64,000 nucleotides of DNA from an uncultured Bacteroidota bacterium (GTDB taxonomy: Bacteria > Bacteroidota > Bacteroidia > Chitinophagales > LD1), in assembly GCA_903861145.1 (NCBI GenBank), contig CAIOTH010000134.1, forward strand, positions 12,969-76,968, written 5' to 3'. Both the position numbers and the translations under genes were made by a program. Positions 47,053 to 56,308 of the stretch are shown in pieces; position 1 is the stretch's first letter, and every line of letters starts with the position of its first letter. The notes under the pieces were generated by a model that worked only from the letters and a program-made list of their open reading frames with translations, was not told the DNA's origin and searched no databases.

Positions 47053-47086
47053 ACAAAAAGAAAAGGCGAACCGAAGTTCGCCTTTC
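47053..47086 (-). terminator. rho-independent terminator (pnp)
   Basis: On the minus strand, the hairpin aaaggcgaac-ttcg-gttcgccttt is followed by TCTTTTT. Confidence 0.8.
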
Positions 47087-47113
47087 ATTTTAATAGCTTA
47101 AAGTTTGATGATA

Positions 47114-49231
47114 CTACTCAGCAGCTTCAAGCAACGCCTTGCGCGATAACTTGAACTTACCTGTTTTATTATCTATACCAAGTAGTTTAACTTTAATTAC
47201 TTCGTTCTCTTTCAAAACGCCTTCCATAGTTTCAAGACGTTTGTTGCTTATTTCGGAGATGTGGAGCAAGCCTTGTTTGCCAGGCATAAACTCAACAAAC
47301 GCACCATAAGGCATAATTGACTTAACGGTTGCTTCGTATACATCACCAATTTCAGGAACAGCCACAATGCCTTTGATACGGCGAACGGCAGCATCAATAC
47401 CTTCTTTGTTTGGCGAGAAGATCTCGATTTTACCCTGGTTACCAACTTCTTCAATAATGATGGTTGTACCGGTTTCCTTCTGCATTTCCTGGATAACCTT
47501 GCCGCCGGGTCCTATGATAGCACCAATGTATTCTTTCTCAATCATGATCTGTTCAACACGTGGTGCATGTGGTTTGTAATCTTCACGTGGAGCAGAAAGG
47601 GTTTTGTTCATTTCGCCCAGAATGTGTAAACGTCCACGTTTAGCCTGCTCAAGTGCAGCAGCTAATAGTTCGCGCGAAAGGCCTTTGATTTTAATGTCCA
47701 TTTGGCAAGCGGTAATACCATCGGCAGTTCCGCATACTTTAAAGTCCATATCACCCAAGTGATCTTCGTCCCCCAGGATATCTGAAAGGATAACATACTT
47801 GCCGGTCTCTTCATTGGTGATAAGACCCATTGCAATACCCGAAACCGCTTTCTTAACCTTAACACCGGCATCCATCAAAGCCAGGGTTCCTGCGCAAACA
47901 GTTGCCATAGATGATGAACCGTTCGATTCAAGGATATCGGAAACAATACGGATAACGTAAGGAGTATCCTGAGGCATCATTTTCTCCAAAGCACGGTGTG
48001 CTAAGTTACCATGGCCTACTTCTCTCCTGCTGGTTCCGCGTGGTGTGCGCGCTTCGCCGGTGCTGAATGGTGGGAAGTTATAGTGTAACAGGAACTTCTT
48101 ATCGTAATTGAAGATTGCGCCGTCAATTAACTGCGCATCCAACTTAGTGCCTAATGTTACAGTGGTTAATGATTGAGTTTCGCCACGGGTAAACAAAGCC
48201 GAACCGTGAGGGCCAGGCAGATAACCCGCTTCGCTCCATATAGCACGAACTTCATCCATCTTACGGCCATCCAGACGTTTGTTTTCCGTCAACATCACCT
48301 CGCGCACTGCGTTCTTCTCAACATCGTGCCAGTAAAGGCTCAGTTGGAAGGCGTATGTCTTCTTTTCTTCGTCGGTAAGGGTCGCCATAAACTCGTCTTT
48401 GATAGCGCCGAAAAGGTCGCCGCGAAGGTGTTTATCAGCTAATTGTTTTGCGGCTACTTCTTTGCACTTATCAAAGCAGAAAGCATTTAAACGTGCCCGA
48501 AGGTCTTCGTTATGTGTTTCGTGCTGGTAAGTTCTTTTTACAGTTTTGCCAGATTCAACTTCAAGTTCCTTTAATACAGCAACTTGTTTCTTAATCATTT
48601 CATCAGCAAATATGATGGCTTCAACCATGTCAGCTTCGCTAACTTCAGCCATTTCGCCTTCAACCATAATAATTGATTCAGCCGAAGCTGCAACTATCAG
48701 GTCAATTTCAGCTCCGCTGTTTACTTCACTTATAGATGGGTTGATAATCAACTTACCACCAATTTTAGCAACACGAACTTCAGATATAGGACCGTTGAAA
48801 GGAATATCAGATACCGCCAATGCCGCAGATGCGCCTAAACAAGCTAATGCATCAGGCATTTCGTTCAAATCGCCTGATATAAGGGTTACCTGAACAACTA
48901 CGTTTGCATGGTAATCATCCGGGAAAAGTGGACGTAAGGCGCGGTCAATTAAACGGGCAACCAATATTTCATCATCGGTGCTACGGCCTTCGCGTTTAAA
49001 GAAGCTACCAGGAATACGGCCAACTGAAGCCATATTTTCGCGGTACTCAATCGTTAAAGGCATAAAGTCAACGCCTTCTTTAGCGTTCTTATCTGCACAC
49101 ACGGTTGCAAGTAACATAGTGTTACCATACTTAATAACGGCAGCGCCATCAGCCTGTTTGGCTAATCTTCCCGTTTCGATCTCAACGATCCTGCCTCCTC
49201 CGAGGTCAATGGTCTTTTTAATTACGTTCAT
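47114..49231 (-). CDS. pnp: polyribonucleotide nucleotidyltransferase (PNPase)
   Basis: 705 aa with two RNase PH domains, a KH domain ([16 protein letters not shown]) and a C-terminal S1 domain ([20 protein letters not shown]). Lies downstream of rpsO, as in most bacteria. Confidence 0.97.
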   Translation of the reverse strand: MNVIKKTIDLGGGRIVEIETGRLAKQADGAAVIKYGNTMLLATVCADKNAKEGVDFMPLTIEYRENMASVGRIPGSFFKREGRSTDDEILVARLIDRALRPLFPDDYHANVVVQVTLISGDLNEMPDALACLGASAALAVSDIPFNGPISEVRVAKIGGKLIINPSISEVNSGAEIDLIVAASAESIIMVEGEMAEVSEADMVEAIIFADEMIKKQVAVLKELEVESGKTVKRTYQHETHNEDLRARLNAFCFDKCKEVAAKQLADKHLRGDLFGAIKDEFMATLTDEEKKTYAFQLSLYWHDVEKNAVREVMLTENKRLDGRKMDEVRAIWSEAGYLPGPHGSALFTRGETQSLTTVTLGTKLDAQLIDGAIFNYDKKFLLHYNFPPFSTGEARTPRGTSRREVGHGNLAHRALEKMMPQDTPYVIRIVSDILESNGSSSMATVCAGTLALMDAGVKVKKAVSGIAMGLITNEETGKYVILSDILGDEDHLGDMDFKVCGTADGITACQMDIKIKGLSRELLAAALEQAKRGRLHILGEMNKTLSAPREDYKPHAPRVEQIMIEKEYIGAIIGPGGKVIQEMQKETGTTIIIEEVGNQGKIEIFSPNKEGIDAAVRRIKGIVAVPEIGDVYEATVKSIMPYGAFVEFMPGKQGLLHISEISNKRLETMEGVLKENEVIKVKLLGIDNKTGKFKLSRKALLEAAE

Positions 49232-49500
49232 CGTTTATAGTTATATAGTTAATTACAATTCAGTTCAAACCTTTATAAATCCTGTATAGCCCCCGCAAGG
49301 CTTTATACCGGAAAGGTTTTTTATTCAACATTTAGGTGGGAAGATTGCATCTGTCCCTCCGTGGGACAGTTTGTATTTATCGCCTGAGTCCATCCCAAAA
49401 CCTACTCAGTCGTTTTCATCCTTTGCTTCGCGTTATGCCCTGATGTAATTGAGGGCTTTTTTTATGGGAGGTCTTGCCGGGCGAAGCAAGTGGAAAGACC

Positions 49501-49537
49501 TAAAAAAACAAAGGGATGGCAGTTAGCCATCCCTTTA
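49501..49537 (-). terminator. hairpin plus T-run after rpsO (terminator/attenuator ahead of pnp)
   Basis: On the minus strand, the hairpin aaagggatggc-taact-gccatcccttt is followed by GTTTTTTT. Confidence 0.75.
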
Positions 49538-49544
49538 CTATGTG

Positions 49545-49814
49545 TTATTTTCTGATACCTAACTTTTCAATTAAGATACGGTAACCAGCTAAATCCTGTT
49601 TCATTAAGTAGTTTAACAGTCTTCTTCTTCTACCAACCAAACGTAGCAACGAACGTGTGTTGCTGTGGTCTTTACGGTTAGTTTCCAGGTGCCCACTCAT
49701 GTGGTTGATTCTCTCTGTATACAGTGCTATTTGAGCCTCGGTAGAACCTGTGTTTTTTTCAGAACCACCGTAGGTTTTGAATATCGTTTTCTTTACTTCA
49801 GATGTAACTTGCAT
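49545..49814 (-). CDS. rpsO: 30S ribosomal protein S15
   Basis: GSTEAQIALYTERINHMSGHL..N.KDHSNTRSLLRLVGRRRRLLNYL. The ATG at 49814 gives 89 aa, and the -7 box TATCTTTG at 49839-49846 overlaps the longer track ORF. Confidence 0.95.
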   Translation of the reverse strand: MQVTSEVKKTIFKTYGGSEKNTGSTEAQIALYTERINHMSGHLETNRKDHSNTRSLLRLVGRRRRLLNYLMKQDLAGYRILIEKLGIRK

Positions 49815-49838
49815 TTCGAACTTTTTTATTTGAGCGTG

Positions 49839-49846
49839 CAAAGATA
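49839..49846 (-). promoter_or_regulatory. -7 box TATCTTTG (rpsO)
   Basis: Exact TAnnTTTG on the minus strand, 25 nt upstream of the rpsO ATG at 49814. Confidence 0.55.
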
Positions 49847-49884
49847 ACAGGAGTTTTTAAAAATGCAAATGGGGAAGAGAATTT

Positions 49885-49917
49885 ACTACTAAGGCGCGAA
49901 GAAACACTAAGACTTAG
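49885..49917. repeat. CTTNGTGN-family octamer array (single arm)
   Basis: The array is ctactaag gcgcgaag aaacactaag actt. It shares a 16-nt identity with 31804-31819, and the 12-nt acactaagactt (49904-49915) is identical to 22491-22502. Confidence 0.75.
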
Positions 49918-50084
49918 AGGATTATTGGGTTAACCAAAGTTCAGGACAGTCATTATTCAGACCTCATCCCCTGTTGCCGGGAGAAAAAGGAAACCATGTT
50001 GAAAAGGAGTTCAAAAGCATGCAGGGATTGGTCACGATTTCAAGCATAAAAATATTCCGTTTATATTCATAATCAAATCTCTAT

Positions 50085-50618
50085 ATGCGAAAACTACCGC
50101 TACTACTAATAATTACTGCACTCATGCCCGCCATAATACATGCGCAGGTAGCTAGTTCTATTGCCGATAGCATAAAAATGGCCTCAAAATCTGTTTATAA
50201 AAACCTGACTGTAAAGAAATTCTATAAGGTTAATATGACTGCTGATATTTCGAGCAATGGTCCCTCCGTATATAAAATAAACGACAAACCAGTATCAAGG
50301 CTAACCTATAACAGGTATTTAAGCTTTTGGGAAAATATGGAAACCTGCAAGCCCTGCGTACTAAAGGCCTATGACGAAAACGATGTATTGTTAAGCGAAT
50401 CTGTTCAATACACCGATTGCCCAATGGGTTATTACATAACCTATTACTCCAATGGTAAAATAGAAATGACCGGCTATTACAAAGACTACTCCGGTAACGA
50501 CTGGACCAACATTTATAACAAAGGCTACTGTCGCCAGCATGGCACCTTTACCTATTATGATATCAATGGCCAGGTAATCAAAGTCGAACATTATACCAAT
50601 GGGGTTTTGGATAACTAA
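50085..50618 (+). CDS. secreted protein with MORN-variant (YwqK-like) repeats
   Basis: Signal peptide ending IHAQ. GYYITYYSNGKIEMTGYYKD and HGTFTYYDINGQVIKVEHYTNGV resemble MORN repeat variants. Confidence 0.62.
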   Translation: MRKLPLLLIITALMPAIIHAQVASSIADSIKMASKSVYKNLTVKKFYKVNMTADISSNGPSVYKINDKPVSRLTYNRYLSFWENMETCKPCVLKAYDENDVLLSESVQYTDCPMGYYITYYSNGKIEMTGYYKDYSGNDWTNIYNKGYCRQHGTFTYYDINGQVIKVEHYTNGVLDN

Positions 50619-50995
50619 GACTAAGCCTTTAATGATTTAATGATAAGAAATCTGGATAGCGGTTTCTCCAGGGCTAATCATCCCTTTTGTTCTTGCAAAA
50701 GAGGATGCTAGTGGGTAGAAAAACTCCTGGCAAGGGTTAGCATTTATCAAAATAAAATCGATAACAGTATATTGGTTATCAATTAATTAATGGCAAAGTA
50801 TCCAAAAGTGCCAATTATTTTTCCATCTGCCGCAAGCCTTAATTGCGCGCTTGTTACCTGCGCCATTACAGATGCAAACATGTTCCTGAGGTCCCTTTCA
50901 AACTAAAAAATCCCCATATTCATTGTATCTCCGCTCCAAAAAATTAGCTTCGCATCCCTGATTTTCTCAAAAAACCTTGAAATTCGGCTTTAAAT

Positions 50996-51958
50996 ATGAT
51001 TTCACCTGCTAAAGAACCTGTCAACAAAATCGAGCTGCATTATTTCTTTGCAGATACCTCGCACAGCATGAATGCGCTTATCCGCAACAAGTGCGAAATT
51101 AACCTGCTGGGTATTTTAAAGGAAATATCAACGGTGCTTAATGCCCGCCTGCAAATTGAAACTGAAGCCTACGCCGAAGGCGGTTTAAAAGAGCGCTTTG
51201 TATTACGTAGCAAAAGCGAGTTTATCCGTAGCTATGCAGCAGCTGTTTTTCATTATGTATTATCGTTAGAAGTTGATATTGAAAAAACTGTAAGTGAAGA
51301 AGATAAAGAAGCAACCCGGTTAAGCATTGACAAACTGCGCCGCGAGTTGAAGGAACATGAAAGAAACGGAACCGGTGCTATTGATAAAGAAAATGCCGCT
51401 AACATCTTCCGCAACAACTTAAAAATCATTAAGCTTAAGAGTAACTTTTACCGTCATATCAATAATTGCGAAAAGGTTACCAAACTTTCGGTTCAACAGG
51501 TTAATGTTGACAATACTTTAGTAGGTAAACCCAATACTATTATTCGCAAAAAATTCGACACATACCTGTTAGTTGCTGATACCCTTAAACCTGAAACTGA
51601 CGAAGCCGCTGTAATTGAAATTATATCCCCCGTGCTTAAAGTGGGTAATTATAAGTGGAAAGGCATTTACCATGCTACGGGTAAGATTATCAATTTCCGG
51701 ATGAATGATGATGGCTTTAAGAACGAAGTGATTAACCAAAACATGCAGTTTAAAAACGGCACCCGCATTGAGTGCGTGATGGAAAGCACCCGTAAAATGA
51801 GCGAGTTTGGCGAAGTGGTGGTAACCGGTTATACCGTGCATACCGTTATCAAAAAACTAGACGACCAGGTTGTAACCGAAATGCCCCAGCCACGAACCGT
51901 GAAGAAGAAAAAGGTTGTTGAAATGCAGCAGTTAGATTTGTTTGGTAGTTTGTTTTGA
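50996..51958 (+). CDS. hypothetical protein ending in a consensus beta-clamp-binding-like motif
   Basis: 320-aa ORF with no signal peptide. Helical N-half with a charged coiled coil, beta-rich C-half, a Lys-rich linker, and C-terminus ...KKKKVVEMQQLDLFGSLF. No family recognised. Confidence 0.6.
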   Translation: MISPAKEPVNKIELHYFFADTSHSMNALIRNKCEINLLGILKEISTVLNARLQIETEAYAEGGLKERFVLRSKSEFIRSYAAAVFHYVLSLEVDIEKTVSEEDKEATRLSIDKLRRELKEHERNGTGAIDKENAANIFRNNLKIIKLKSNFYRHINNCEKVTKLSVQQVNVDNTLVGKPNTIIRKKFDTYLLVADTLKPETDEAAVIEIISPVLKVGNYKWKGIYHATGKIINFRMNDDGFKNEVINQNMQFKNGTRIECVMESTRKMSEFGEVVVTGYTVHTVIKKLDDQVVTEMPQPRTVKKKKVVEMQQLDLFGSLF

Positions 51959-51975
51959 TAACAAGCTTTCGTGTA

Positions 51976-52923
51976 TCAGTAATACTCAATTACCCTTGTA
52001 GTCACTGAGCCTTTTTTACTATTATCAAATGAGGTTGCCTTTATCCAGTTGCCCGTTTTGTCATTTTCGTAAACAACCGCTTTCAACAAAACAACTGCTC
52101 CATCGGCTTTAATCCGGTAGGAATCTTCTTCAATTTTAAAGCCGTTGTCATCGTAAGTATCAGTGCGCTTTTGGCCCATGTCGCCACCGCCCACAAAATA
52201 ATAGGCATCGCTTACATCAACCCGGTTGCCGTGGCTATCAAATTGGGCGCTTACTTTTCGGCTAAGTGTACTATCGGTATTATAAATATCGGTTTCAATT
52301 TCGTTGCCCTTTTTATCGTATTTATGAATGTATTTGTTTAACAGGCTTCCATCCTCGTTAATATGGCGTTCTTCTGTTAATCTGCCAAGCGAATCATAAT
52401 TGTAGTTATAGCTTATCCGCGTTTTTTGCGGCCAGCCGTTATGCCTTTTAAACTGGGTAACACTACATCGGTTGCCTAATCCATCATATTCCGAAACAGA
52501 ACTCTTCAACCCCTCCGGGGTAAAGTAAATCAGCTTCACCAACTTGCCATTTTTGTCGTAGGTCTTTACCTCCGATCTTCGTTTTCTGCCTTTCCGAAAA
52601 TCTTCAGTGTAAACTACCCGCTTCTTGGCGTTATGAATATTCTGGACACTTATTCGACGCAACAACGTTGAATCGCCCGGTTTATAGTATAATATTTCAA
52701 TAATGTCTCCTTGCTCATTAAACCGGCCGGCTGTTTTTCCGTAGGCGTTGCTTATCGGAGTTCCTGTTGCGGTATCAAAATAGACTTTCGTTTCCTGGAA
52801 CGCGTTTACCTTTCCTTTCATTTGATAGGGATAGGAGTCAATATCATGGCTGCCTTTTTCTTTTGAAAAGGCAAACAACATAAAGGCTACCATTAATAAA
52901 CCAATTATACGGGGGCAGTTCAT
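51976..52923 (-). CDS. secreted YD/RHS-like repeat protein (short)
   Basis: Signal/anchor MNCPRIIGLLMVAFMLFAF and six YD-type repeats (YDKNGKLV, YDGLGNR, YDSLGRLT, YDKKGNEI, FDSHGNRV, YDDNGFKI). Confidence 0.65.
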   Translation of the reverse strand: MNCPRIIGLLMVAFMLFAFSKEKGSHDIDSYPYQMKGKVNAFQETKVYFDTATGTPISNAYGKTAGRFNEQGDIIEILYYKPGDSTLLRRISVQNIHNAKKRVVYTEDFRKGRKRRSEVKTYDKNGKLVKLIYFTPEGLKSSVSEYDGLGNRCSVTQFKRHNGWPQKTRISYNYNYDSLGRLTEERHINEDGSLLNKYIHKYDKKGNEIETDIYNTDSTLSRKVSAQFDSHGNRVDVSDAYYFVGGGDMGQKRTDTYDDNGFKIEEDSYRIKADGAVVLLKAVVYENDKTGNWIKATSFDNSKKGSVTTRVIEYY

Positions 52924-53089
52924 AAATTTTCTCCTTGTTTACTAATTGCCCAAACACAAAATATCGGGGCGTTGCAAGCATAATAAAAATAGTACAATAC
53001 CGAACCTGCAAATAATTAACGTACAAACACGCCGGTGCCATATTTTATGGAATTAAAAACGTTTCGCATCTATCTATAAATCACATTTT

Positions 53090-53647
53090 ATGGCCGAAGT
53101 AACAAACCAAAGTAGCAGCGGTAATCGCAAAAGCCGTGGCCACCGAATGCCTAAAGTTGCACCCCGAGTAGATATGACACCTATGGTTGACCTGGGATTT
53201 TTGCTAATCACTTTTTTTATGTTGAGCATGAAAATGAGCGTTCCTAAGGCTATGCTTTGGGTAAAGCCAATTGAAGATCCACATCCTCAGGTTGTTTCTG
53301 AGTGTTGTGTTTTAACGGTCCTGGTTGATTCCGCGGACCGCGTTTATATCTACGAAGGTGACGATTTTAAAACCCTTACACCATCATCGTTTAATGATAA
53401 CACCGGCATAATGCACAGCCTTATGCAAAAGGGCAAAAAAGTTAAAACCGAGTGCGGGTTAATGAAAAACGGTAAGCCTCACGAACTTGTTTGCCTTGTT
53501 AAGTTGCTTCCCGGTACCCGGTATCAAAACCTAACTGATGTGGTAGATGTAATGAACATAACACAAACGCATTACTCCATACAAGAACCACTCGCAGAAG
53601 AAATTACGGCCCTTAAGGCTAAAGAGAAAGAGTTAACACCCTTGTAA
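53090..53647 (+). CDS. ExbD/TolR-family biopolymer transport protein
   Basis: RVDMTPMVDLGFLLITFFML is the ExbD TM signature. 185 aa. No exbB or tonB is adjacent. Confidence 0.78.
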   Translation: MAEVTNQSSSGNRKSRGHRMPKVAPRVDMTPMVDLGFLLITFFMLSMKMSVPKAMLWVKPIEDPHPQVVSECCVLTVLVDSADRVYIYEGDDFKTLTPSSFNDNTGIMHSLMQKGKKVKTECGLMKNGKPHELVCLVKLLPGTRYQNLTDVVDVMNITQTHYSIQEPLAEEITALKAKEKELTPL

Positions 53648-53654
53648 TAATCTA

Positions 53655-55286
53655 TTATTTCAACTTCTCTATCGCAGCCTTAACAACGTTATCGGTTGGA
53701 TTAAGAATATAGTAAAAGCCATCCATGCGCCATGTTTGCTTGGCCAAAAAGGCTTTAAGGTTTAGTTTAACCTTATCAGTTATTTTACCCTGCTTAGCTT
53801 CGTTAGTTTTAAGCCCTGCCGCAAAAGCGTATTTATAAAAGTCGCTCAGCATTTGGTCAGATACTACATAATCGTTTTTAAACTCCTCCTCGGTCTTAAA
53901 CTTGCCCAAAATATCACCATGCTGCGATGAGTATTTATATACAAACTCAGGAATAAAAGAGCGCACCGCATAAAAGTATTCGCTTTCACCACTCGTATCC
54001 ATTGGCACAAAAATATCGGGGCGTATGCCGCCTCCACCGTAAACCCTTTTACCCTTGGATGTTTTATACACAGTTGTGTCAAGGCTGGTTATCGAATCTT
54101 CATGCACAAACTCTCCACGGCTATACCGGTCGTAAATTTCGTTATAGTACTGGTCGGCACCTTTATCGTATGGCCGCTGTATGCATCTGCCAGATGGTGT
54201 GTAATAACGTGCTATTGTAAGCCTTAGCGCCGAACCATCCTTTAAATCGTATTGCTCCTGCACAAGGCCTTTACCAAACGATGTGCGGCCAATAATAGTC
54301 CCCCGGTCCCAATCTTGAATCGCGCCTGACAGGATTTCACTGGCCGATGCCGACCCCTGGTCAATCAAAATACACAAATCGCCTTTTTCGAAAAGGCCGG
54401 GTTTACCCGCAAGGTAATCCTGCCTATCGTAAGCTTTACCTTTGGTGTAAACCAATAGCTTCTCGCCCGATATTAATTCATCAGCAATTGAGGTTGCCGC
54501 CTGCAAATAGCCGCCGGGGTTACCTCTTAAATCAATAACCAACTTCTTCATGCCTTTATCTTGCAGTTGATGGAGTTTCTCCACAAACTCCTGGTGGGTA
54601 TTTGCACTAAAGCTTGTTATGCGGATATAGCCAATATCGCTTGTTGCCATATAGGCGGCATCTATACTGTAAAGCGGAATTTTATCGCGGGCAATCTGAA
54701 ACGCTAAAAGTTTAGGGCTGCCACTGCGCATAACACTTACCCTCACCTTTGTCCCCGCAGGGCCGCGCAGGTGTGACTTAACGGCCGTATCTTTAATTTT
54801 AACGCCAGCCACAACGCTATCTTCAATTTTCACAATGCGGTCTCCGGCTTTAAGGCCGGTAAGTTCAGCAGGGCCTCCTGCAATAGCAGTAACAACGGTA
54901 ATGGTGTCCTGAACAATAAAAAACTCGATACCAATGCCCTCAAAATTCCCTTCCAGAGATTCATTCATTTCTCCTAAATCCTTGGCCGGTATATAAACCG
55001 AGTGGGGGTCGAGGTTTGAAAGTATTTTATCAATGCTTTTATCAACCAATTGCGCCCGGTTAATAGTATCTACATACTTAAAGCTGATATAGTTGAGCAC
55101 ATCCTCAATCTTATCGTAATTACGGTTACCCATGGCCTGCTTGCCAATGGTTATGGAGTTAATAACAAACCCCAGCATTACGCCAAAGGCAAGTATCAAA
55201 GCATATATAAACGGGGCATAGGGATTTGTGGTTGACGGTTTGCGGATATTTGAATACCCGGGTAATTTCTCTTCGTTATTATCCAT
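53655..55286 (-). CDS. S41-family C-terminal processing (tail-specific) peptidase
   Basis: PDZ region (GLKAGDRIVKIED), DLRGNPGGYL and the catalytic GSASASEI...GKGLVQ blocks. 543 aa. Promoter box at 55304-55311. Confidence 0.92.
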   Translation of the reverse strand: MDNNEEKLPGYSNIRKPSTTNPYAPFIYALILAFGVMLGFVINSITIGKQAMGNRNYDKIEDVLNYISFKYVDTINRAQLVDKSIDKILSNLDPHSVYIPAKDLGEMNESLEGNFEGIGIEFFIVQDTITVVTAIAGGPAELTGLKAGDRIVKIEDSVVAGVKIKDTAVKSHLRGPAGTKVRVSVMRSGSPKLLAFQIARDKIPLYSIDAAYMATSDIGYIRITSFSANTHQEFVEKLHQLQDKGMKKLVIDLRGNPGGYLQAATSIADELISGEKLLVYTKGKAYDRQDYLAGKPGLFEKGDLCILIDQGSASASEILSGAIQDWDRGTIIGRTSFGKGLVQEQYDLKDGSALRLTIARYYTPSGRCIQRPYDKGADQYYNEIYDRYSRGEFVHEDSITSLDTTVYKTSKGKRVYGGGGIRPDIFVPMDTSGESEYFYAVRSFIPEFVYKYSSQHGDILGKFKTEEEFKNDYVVSDQMLSDFYKYAFAAGLKTNEAKQGKITDKVKLNLKAFLAKQTWRMDGFYYILNPTDNVVKAAIEKLK

Positions 55287-55303
55287 TCAGCTAAATTGAG
55301 CGG

Positions 55304-55311
55304 CAAAAATA
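55304..55311 (-). promoter_or_regulatory. -7 box TATTTTTG (S41 peptidase gene)
   Basis: Exact TAnnTTTG on the minus strand, 18 nt upstream of the ATG at 55286. Sits back-to-back with the murQ box. Confidence 0.5.
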
Positions 55312-55315
55312 AAAT

Positions 55316-55323
55316 TAACTTTG
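55316..55323 (+). promoter_or_regulatory. -7 box TAACTTTG (murQ)
   Basis: Exact TAnnTTTG on the plus strand, about 104 nt upstream of the murQ ATG. The hairpin leader lies between them. Confidence 0.5.
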
Positions 55324-55333
55324 TGATTGAGAT

Positions 55334-55418
55334 GTGTTAAGGTGCGAATGTGTTAACGTATTAACGTAATATAGTCGCTAATCAACATTAACACCTTAGC
55401 ACATTCGCACCTTAATAC
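55334..55418 (+). promoter_or_regulatory. long hairpin / 9-mer repeat array in the predicted murQ 5' leader
   Basis: gtgttaaggtgcgaatgtg (55334-55352) pairs with cacattcgcaccttaatac (55400-55418) as 18 Watson-Crick pairs plus 1 G-U. Four more pairs are possible (55353-55356 with 55396-55399). The element lies between the TAACTTTG box (55316-55323) and the ATG at 55427. It is built from GT(G/A)(T/C)TAA(G/C/T)G 9-mers, three per strand. Confidence 0.6.
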
Positions 55419-55426
55419 GTTACCCA

Positions 55427-56236
55427 ATGAAAATTACAGAATCACCGTCCTTATACCGGCAATTGGAGAAAATGAGCACTGGAGAGTTATTGGTGAACAT
55501 TAACGCCGAGGACCATAAAGTGGCTGGGGCAGTAGAAAAAGCTATTCCACAAATAGAAAAACTAGTGGACGTTATTGCCGATAAAATGCTTGCCGGCGGG
55601 CGATTGTTCTACATAGGTGCAGGCACCAGTGGACGATTAGGCATTGTAGATGCCAGCGAATGCCCCCCAACCTATGGCGTACCACAAGGCCAGGTAATAG
55701 GTTTGATTGCCGGCGGAGATAGTGCCATTAGAAAGGCGGTTGAATTTGCCGAAGACAATACCGAGCAAGGATGGAAAGATCTGTTGCCTTACGACATTGA
55801 TATTAAAGATGTGGTAGTAGGCATTGCGGCCTCGGGCGGCACTCCTTATGTAGTTGGTGCCTTAAAAAAATGCCGCGAGCAAGGCATTACTACCGGCTGC
55901 ATAACATGCAACCCTAATACAGCTGTTGCGCAACAGGCAGATTACCCAGTTGAAGTAATAACCGGCCCCGAATTTGTTACCGGCAGTACCCGAATGAAGG
56001 CCGGAACAGCCCAAAAGCTTGTGCTGAATATGATAAGCACAGCAGCCATGATAAAAATTGGTAGGGTGGAAGACAATAAAATGGTGAACATGCAATTAAC
56101 CAACGATAAGCTGGTAGATCGCGGAACAATTATGATAAACGAAGCCACCGGATTGGGATACGACGACAGCAAAAAGCTACTTTTACAACACGGTAGTGTA
56201 AAAAGGGCTTTGGAAAGTTTCGGGCTAATGAAGTGA
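55427..56236 (+). CDS. murQ: N-acetylmuramic acid 6-phosphate etherase
   Basis: GGRLFYIGAGTSGRLGIVDASECPPTYGV (SIS domain), GIAASGGTPYV and TGSTRMKAGTAQK. 269 aa. Confidence 0.92.
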   Translation: MKITESPSLYRQLEKMSTGELLVNINAEDHKVAGAVEKAIPQIEKLVDVIADKMLAGGRLFYIGAGTSGRLGIVDASECPPTYGVPQGQVIGLIAGGDSAIRKAVEFAEDNTEQGWKDLLPYDIDIKDVVVGIAASGGTPYVVGALKKCREQGITTGCITCNPNTAVAQQADYPVEVITGPEFVTGSTRMKAGTAQKLVLNMISTAAMIKIGRVEDNKMVNMQLTNDKLVDRGTIMINEATGLGYDDSKKLLLQHGSVKRALESFGLMK

Positions 56237-56308
56237 TCTTTTTTACATTTATGCCCATAATTCAACCAACAAGTAGTTAAAGTGCACTTGTGTAAATTAA
56301 AGCCCCTA

